From an uncultured Alphaproteobacteria bacterium (GTDB taxonomy: Bacteria; Pseudomonadota; Alphaproteobacteria; RF32; CAG-239): a DNA stretch of 64,000 nt. Below are positions 58,579-64,000 of this stretch, one piece after another. Made by a program: the position numbers and the translations under genes. Below the pieces are notes generated by a model that was given only the letters and a program-made list of their open reading frames with translations, was not told the origin of the DNA and did no database searches. The first letter of the stretch is position 1. Every line of letters begins with the position of its first letter. The stretch spans positions 10,915-74,914 of the forward strand of contig CALXTL010000008.1 of assembly GCA_944391445.1 (NCBI GenBank), given 5' to 3'.

Positions 58579-59272
58579 AACGTCTCTCCCTGCTGTTAAA
58601 TTCCGCAATAATCCGCATTAATTCTTCCTTGTCAAAATCCGGCCACGGCGTGGCGCTAAAATAAAGTTCCGTATAGGCGATCTGCCACAGCAGATAGTTG
58701 CTGATCCGCCGCTCGCCGCCGGTCCTGATCAACAAATCGGGATCGGGGATATTTTTGGTATAAAGCATATCAGAAAACATCCCGGCGTCAATCTCATCAG
58801 GACGGATATCCCCTTTTTGCGCCATAGACGCAAGTTTTTGTGCGGCCGCAACCATCTCTTGTCGGGACCCGTAGCTCAAAGCAATGCACAAGGTCATCTT
58901 GTCATTGGCGGCGGTTTCCTTTTCAATTTTGTTTATCTGGGCAATGATGTCCGACGCCAGCATTGCGCGCTCACCGATAAACATTATGCGAACGCCATTT
59001 TCCTGAATCTCTTTTAGTTCCGATTTCAGATATTGGCGCAACAGGTCCATCAGCGCATCGACCTCGGTCTTTTCCCTCTGCCAATTTTCCGTTGAAAAAG
59101 CATACAGTGTCAGATAGCTTATCCCGGCATCCGCCGCAGCGCGGACAATTTTCTGCACCGTTTCGGCGCCTTTTTTGTGCCCGGCGGCAGCCGGCAGGCC
59201 TCTGGCTTTAGCCCAGCGGCGGTTTCCATCCATAATAACGGCTAGATGCCTGAGTTTGGTCGTATCAGTCAA
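58565..59272 (-). CDS. uppS: Undecaprenyl-diphosphate synthase (isoprenyl transferase)
   Basis: HLAVIMDGNRRWA, LTLYAFSTENW and RTGGE.RISN.LLWQ.AY.E are present. Confidence 0.92.
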   Translation of the reverse strand: MTDTTKLRHLAVIMDGNRRWAKARGLPAAAGHKKGAETVQKIVRAAADAGISYLTLYAFSTENWQREKTEVDALMDLLRQYLKSELKEIQENGVRIMFIGERAMLASDIIAQINKIEKETAANDKMTLCIALSYGSRQEMVAAAQKLASMAQKGDIRPDEIDAGMFSDMLYTKNIPDPDLLIRTGGERRISNYLLWQIAYTELYFSATPWPDFDKEELMRIIAEFNSRERRYGKN

Positions 59273-59282
59273 TTATTTGCCC

Positions 59283-59846
59283 TTATACCTGCATGATGTC
59301 TTTTTCTTTTTGGGCGAGCATGTCGTCAATTTTTTTGACCGATTCATCAGTCATTTTTTGAATTTCGTTTTCGTATCTTTTTTCTTCATCCTCGGAAACG
59401 ACATTGTCTTTCTTGAGTTTTTTGACGCCGTCTAATGCATCGCGGCGGATATTGCGAATTGCAACCTTATTGGCTTCTGAGTATTTGCCGGCGACTTTGA
59501 TCAGCTCGCGGCGGCGTTCCTCAGACAGCGGCGGAATCGGAATGCGAATCAGCTGGCCGTCAGAAGCAGGATTCAGCCCGAGGTCGGATTCAACAATTGC
59601 CTTTTCAACCGCTTTGGCCAAGCTTTTATCCCATACACTGACAGATAAAGTCCGCGCATCCGGCACGGAGATTGTGCCGACCTGAGACAGCGGCGTCATT
59701 GACCCATAGGCCTCAACCATAATGCCGTCAAGCAGACTGATATGTGCGCGGCCGGCCCGCAGACTGCCAAAATCCGCCCGCAGGGATTCAATCGTTTTCT
59801 CCATGCGGGTTGCCGCTTCGGTTTTAATTGTGTTGAAATCTGACAT
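59283..59846 (-). CDS. frr: Ribosome recycling factor
   Basis: MEKTIESLRADFGSLRAGRAHISLLD...IPIPPLSEERRREL...IRNIRRD. The true start is ATG 59846. The longer ORF in the track would run into pyrH. Confidence 0.93.
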   Translation of the reverse strand: MSDFNTIKTEAATRMEKTIESLRADFGSLRAGRAHISLLDGIMVEAYGSMTPLSQVGTISVPDARTLSVSVWDKSLAKAVEKAIVESDLGLNPASDGQLIRIPIPPLSEERRRELIKVAGKYSEANKVAIRNIRRDALDGVKKLKKDNVVSEDEEKRYENEIQKMTDESVKKIDDMLAQKEKDIMQV

Positions 59847-59847
59847 T

Positions 59848-60567
59848 TTATACCTCTTTTTTAATGATTGTAAATTCACCTTTACCGGAAACGACCTTAA
59901 GCAAAGCATCCGGCTCATGCTGAGAAAAAACAACAATCGGAATATTATTTTCCTGCGCCAGAGCGACCGCGGTCATATCCATGACACCGAGCTGACGGCG
60001 GATAACTTCATCGTATGTCACGGCCGCATATTTTTTGGCTTTTTTACTGCGGCGGGGATCAGCATCATAGACACCGTCCACCTGCGTGGCTTTGAGCAAA
60101 ACATCGCACTGCATTTCCGAGGCGCGCAACGCCGCTCCGGTATCGGTGGTAAAATACGGATTGCCGGTACCGGCCGCAAAAATAATGACGCGCCTTTTAT
60201 CCAGATGGCGCAGTGCGCGGCGATACATATAAGTTTCACAAACCTGAGGAATGCTCAAGCCGGACAAAACACGCGCCGGCGTGCCTGCAGCTTCCAGCGC
60301 ATTTTGAATGCAAAGCGCATTCATTACCGTGGCCAACATGCCTACCTGATCGGCAACCGTGCGGTTCATGCCGGCAGAAGCCTCTTTGGCGCCGCGGAAT
60401 ATATTGCCGCCGCCGACAACAATGCAGACCTCTACCCCGGCCGCATGCACTTTACCGATTTGCACAGCAAGATCTTTAACCACTTCGGGAGACATGCCAA
60501 AACTTCTCTCCCCCATCAAACCCTCGCCGGAAAGCTTGAGCAAAATTCTTTTATAAATAGGTTTCAT
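59848..60567 (-). CDS. pyrH: UMP kinase
   Basis: YKRILLKLSGE, VVGGGNIFRG, IFAAGTGNPYFTTDT and VDGVYDADP are present. Confidence 0.93.
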   Translation of the reverse strand: MKPIYKRILLKLSGEGLMGERSFGMSPEVVKDLAVQIGKVHAAGVEVCIVVGGGNIFRGAKEASAGMNRTVADQVGMLATVMNALCIQNALEAAGTPARVLSGLSIPQVCETYMYRRALRHLDKRRVIIFAAGTGNPYFTTDTGAALRASEMQCDVLLKATQVDGVYDADPRRSKKAKKYAAVTYDEVIRRQLGVMDMTAVALAQENNIPIVVFSQHEPDALLKVVSGKGEFTIIKKEV

Positions 60568-60751
60568 CCGACACTCTTTATGCAGATTTGTTTTTTTTCA
60601 ATATTAACGATTTTAATTGTTTTGTCATCAAGTTTTTAGTGCTTATAAGAAAAAACTTTCCGTCTCTTTGTCCGTTGCAACAGAATCAGGGTTGTCAAAA
60701 ACACGTTTCAAGTTTATTAAGATATTAGTTTGAAATTTTTAGGAGGCTGGT

Positions 60752-61396
60752 ATGTCTTTGGATGCTTTGTTTGCCGCATTCGGAATCGGCGGCTATTTTC
60801 TTGGCTCGATCCCTTTTGGTCTGGTGTTGTGTTATCTGGCCGGTTATGGCGATATCCGCAAAATCGGCTCCGGGAATATCGGCGCCACAAATGTTTTACG
60901 CACCGGAAATAAAACTCTGGCTCTGCTCACGGTTATTCTTGACGCATCCAAAGCCGGTTTGGCCGCCTGGTTGGCCTGCCGTTTTGTGCCTGCGGAGGTT
61001 TATTATGTATGCGGCATTCAGAGCAGCGCCAATATCATTGCTGCCCTGATTGCCGGAACCATGGCCATCATCGGACACAACTTTCCGGTTTGGCTCAAGT
61101 TCAAAGGCGGCAAGGGCGTGGCTTCCGCCTTTGGCTTTGTGTTGGTTCTCACCCCGAAAATTGCCCTGCTTGCTTTGTTAATCTGGCTTGTAATGGCTTT
61201 TATTTTTCGTTATTCTTCTTTATCGGCAATTACCGCCTGCTTTGCCGTGCCGTTCATGACTTATTTTATGAGCGATGAGATTTATACGTTTTTTTATACC
61301 GCGATCGTTATTTTGATTCTGATCCGGCATCATGCCAATTTTGCAAGACTATTCCGCGGTGAGGAGAGCAAAATCTCTTTCAAAAAGAAAGCGTAA
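60752..61396 (+). CDS. plsY: Glycerol-3-phosphate acyltransferase PlsY
   Basis: GSIPFG, GSGNIGATNVLR, HNFPVWLKFKGGKGVA. AGGAGG RBS. Confidence 0.9.
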   Translation: MSLDALFAAFGIGGYFLGSIPFGLVLCYLAGYGDIRKIGSGNIGATNVLRTGNKTLALLTVILDASKAGLAAWLACRFVPAEVYYVCGIQSSANIIAALIAGTMAIIGHNFPVWLKFKGGKGVASAFGFVLVLTPKIALLALLIWLVMAFIFRYSSLSAITACFAVPFMTYFMSDEIYTFFYTAIVILILIRHHANFARLFRGEESKISFKKKA

Positions 61397-61399
61397 GCC

Positions 61400-62515
61400 G
61401 TGCTAAAGCGAGAAGACGAACTCCTTGACATTTTGCAACTGATTCATTCAGAAAACGTCGGGCCGGTTACTTTTTATAAGCTGATTGAAACATTCGGGTC
61501 GCCGAGTGCCGCGTTGTCTGAAGCCCAAAATATCAGAAAAATACGCTTGTGCCCGAGGTCTTGGGCTGAAAACGAATTGCAAAAAGCGCAAAAAACAGGT
61601 GTCAAGCTGCTGGCTTACGATGACCCTTGTTACCCGGCAAATTTGAAACTGATTGAGGATCATCCGCCACTTTTATATGTATTGGGCGAAAGTTCACTTT
61701 TGCAAAATGAAAACCGGCTGGCTATTGTCGGCTCGCGTCATGCATCAATCAATGGGCGCAAAACCGCTTCAAGAATCGCATATGAATTGTCCGAACGAGG
61801 TATTTGCATTGTTTCCGGCATGGCCCGCGGTATTGACGCCGCCGCACATAAAGGCGCCATGTATGCCTGCGACCGACTGGGTGAAACCATCGCCGTGCTG
61901 GGTTGCGGCGTCGATATTATTTATCCGACGGAAAATACGGATTTGTACCATCAGATTGCCGCGCAAGGCTGTCTGATTTCCGAATTGCCGCTTTGCACCA
62001 TGCCACAGTCAACTTTTTTTCCGCGACGGAATCGGATTGTGGCGGCGCTCGGGCTCGGCACTTTGGTGGTGGAAGCCACGCGGCGATCCGGCTCTTTGAT
62101 TACGGCCCGGCTTGCCGAATCCTTCGGCCGGAGGATTTTTGCTGTGCCGGGGTCGCCGGCTGATGCTCGTGCCGAAGGACCGAACAGCCTACTTAAAAAC
62201 GGCGCCATTCTGGTGGAGAGCGCCGCCGATATTTTGCGGGTCCTGCCCAAAACCGTTCTTAATGCGCCGCTCTCAAAGACGCACCCCCGGCAAAAAGCTC
62301 TTGTTTTTGCAACAAATGATGCTAACTTAACAGCCCAAACGACCTCTTCGGACATAAAAATTATTGACTATTTAAATCACGACGGGGTATATGTTGACGA
62401 GATTATCCGTCTGAGCGGTCTTACTCCCGCGGAAGTGGCGCTGCAACTGCTGGAACTGGAAATGGACGGCAGAATCGAACGCCAAAGCGGCCATAAGGTT
62501 GCATTGATTAAATAA
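61400..62515 (+). CDS. dprA: DNA-processing protein DprA (Smf)
   Basis: IVGSRHAS.NG, IVSGMARGIDAAAHKGA, FP.RNRIVA.L and VVEA..RSG.LITA are present. GTG start 4 nt after plsY. Confidence 0.85.
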   Translation: MLKREDELLDILQLIHSENVGPVTFYKLIETFGSPSAALSEAQNIRKIRLCPRSWAENELQKAQKTGVKLLAYDDPCYPANLKLIEDHPPLLYVLGESSLLQNENRLAIVGSRHASINGRKTASRIAYELSERGICIVSGMARGIDAAAHKGAMYACDRLGETIAVLGCGVDIIYPTENTDLYHQIAAQGCLISELPLCTMPQSTFFPRRNRIVAALGLGTLVVEATRRSGSLITARLAESFGRRIFAVPGSPADARAEGPNSLLKNGAILVESAADILRVLPKTVLNAPLSKTHPRQKALVFATNDANLTAQTTSSDIKIIDYLNHDGVYVDEIIRLSGLTPAEVALQLLELEMDGRIERQSGHKVALIK

Positions 62516-62533
62516 CCGACAATAGGGAAAAAA

Positions 62534-64000
62534 ATGAAGCTTGTTATTGTAGAATCCCCGGCCAAAGCCAAAACAATCAACAAATATTTAGGCAAAGACT
62601 ATCAGGTTTTGGCAAGTTTCGGGCATATTCGGGATCTGCCGAGTAAAGACGGATCGGTGCTGCCGGATCAGGATTTTGCGATGACATGGGAGCTCAGTCC
62701 CGGCGGCAAAAAACGTCTGGCGGATATTGTCAAAGCGGTTAAAAACTGCGACACGATTATCCTTGCCTCCGACCCGGATAGAGAGGGAGAAGCTATTGCC
62801 TGGCACATTCTGGAAGAACTGAAAGCTAAAAAAGTTCTTAAAGACAAAAAAATTGAGCGCGTCGTCTTCCATGAAATTACCAAATCTGCTGTTACCGAAG
62901 CTATTAAGAATCCTCGCCAGATTGATGATAATCTGGTTTCGGCTTATATGGCCCGACGCGCCTTGGACTATTTGGTCGGGTTTACACTTTCTCCGGTTTT
63001 GTGGCGCAAACTGCCCGGCTCAAAATCTGCCGGTCGGGTGCAGTCGGTGGCTCTGCGCCTTATCTGCGACCGTGAAAACGAAATTGAAAAATTCAAACCC
63101 GAAGAATATTGGACCATTGATGCTGAACTGTTTACTCATACAAAAGCGTTGATTAAATCGCGCTTAATTCAGCTTGACGGCAAAAAACTTGAAAAATTTG
63201 ATCTCAACAGCGAAGCCAAAGCGCTGGAAGCCAAAGCAAAAATTGAAGCGCAGGCGTTTGCAATCTCCAATGTCGAGCGCAAAAAAGCCAACCGTTATCC
63301 CGCACCGCCATTTACAACTTCAACTCTGCAACAAGAAGCCGCCCGCAAACTGCGTTTTTCTGCCAAAAAGACCATGCAGGTGGCGCAAAAACTTTATGAA
63401 GACGGCTATATTACTTATATGCGTACTGATGCGGTCAATCTGTCTCAAGAAGCTATTGCCGCTTGTCGTGAAGCTATTTTGAAATATTTCGGCGAGGCTT
63501 ATCTGCCCAAAGCCGCCAAAGAATACAAGACAAAGTCCAAAAACGCGCAAGAAGCCCATGAAGCAATCCGTCCTTCCGATGTAATGAACACGCCCAAGAA
63601 AATGGAAGCAAAACTCGATGGCGACGCGCACAGACTCTATGAACTGATTTGGAAACGTACGATTGCTTGTCAGATGAACCCGGCAGTTTTGGACAAGGTG
63701 GTTATTGATGCAACTTCGGCTGACGGATTGATTGTTCTGCGCGCCAATGGTCAGGTTATTGACTTTGACGGCTTTCTTCGCCTGTATCAGGAATCTAAAG
63801 ATGACGCCGATGATGACGAGGAAAATCGTATTTTGCCCAATGTGAACGAAGGCGAAAATGTCAGCAAGGGCGAGATTATCCCCGAACAGCATTTTACCAC
63901 CCCGCCGCCGCGCTTTACCGAAGCAAGTTTGGTCAAAAAACTTGAAGAACTCGGTATCGGCAGACCGTCTACCTATGCGACAATTATTGCCGTTTTGCAG
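62534..64000 (+). CDS. topA: DNA topoisomerase I, 3' end cut by window edge
   Basis: MKLVIVESPAKAKTINKYLGKDYQVLASFGHIRDLP (Toprim), ILASDPDREGEAIAWH, and ...GIGRPSTYATIIAVLQ at the window end. The frame is open to base 64000, so the ORF track does not list it. Confidence 0.92.
   Translation, partial: MKLVIVESPAKAKTINKYLGKDYQVLASFGHIRDLPSKDGSVLPDQDFAMTWELSPGGKKRLADIVKAVKNCDTIILASDPDREGEAIAWHILEELKAKKVLKDKKIERVVFHEITKSAVTEAIKNPRQIDDNLVSAYMARRALDYLVGFTLSPVLWRKLPGSKSAGRVQSVALRLICDRENEIEKFKPEEYWTIDAELFTHTKALIKSRLIQLDGKKLEKFDLNSEAKALEAKAKIEAQAFAISNVERKKANRYPAPPFTTSTLQQEAARKLRFSAKKTMQVAQKLYEDGYITYMRTDAVNLSQEAIAACREAILKYFGEAYLPKAAKEYKTKSKNAQEAHEAIRPSDVMNTPKKMEAKLDGDAHRLYELIWKRTIACQMNPAVLDKVVIDATSADGLIVLRANGQVIDFDGFLRLYQESKDDADDDEENRILPNVNEGENVSKGEIIPEQHFTTPPPRFTEASLVKKLEELGIGRPSTYATIIAVLQ

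Overview
This 64-kb chromosomal window comes from a flagellated Gram-negative bacterium. FlaF, LpxI between lpxA and lpxB, the pyrH-frr-uppS-cdsA-rseP-bamA-lpxD-fabZ-lpxA-lpxI-lpxB block and plsY-dprA-topA suggest an alphaproteobacterium-like lineage (inference). A flavodiiron protein hints at a low-oxygen niche. In order, the window holds: a late flagellar cluster (rod-binding protein, FlgN-like, flgK, long flgL); a 7.3-kb ORF for a 2435-aa secreted, ~12% cysteine tandem-repeat protein; an RND pump pair with no outer-membrane factor; a glgB-glgX-malQ-HAD operon; a DUF2934-like protein and a TPR-methyltransferase; tRNA-Leu(CAA); a solitary flaF; a binding protein, GST and lipoprotein; a complete MFP-RND-OMF operon; a GT4 glycosyltransferase; thrS; a ~200-nt structured RNA/leader; a TGA-interrupted lipoprotein gene; mlaC and mlaA; a DegT aminotransferase; an AlkA-like glycosylase; tRNA-Phe(GAA); an OMP; ybaK; a YerC/TrpR-like protein; a GNAT; a flavodiiron protein; comEC; a small secreted Cys-rich protein; and the lipid A/envelope block, which contains a TAG-interrupted pyruvyl-transferase-like gene inserted between fabZ and lpxA. 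The window ends in plsY, dprA and a truncated topA. I saw no CRISPR array, transposase, integrase or phage genes. The main find is the giant Cys-rich protein. It has a long-period (~95-105 aa) repeat zone and a short-period (~40-55 aa) zone, both built on C-x-C-P-x-x-[YFW] landmarks, and I cannot assign it to a characterised bacterial family by eye. Secondary leads are the riboswitch-like RNA, two genes each broken by one in-frame stop, and a 91-aa secreted protein resembling one module of the giant protein. All family assignments rest on motif recognition only, since no searches were run.
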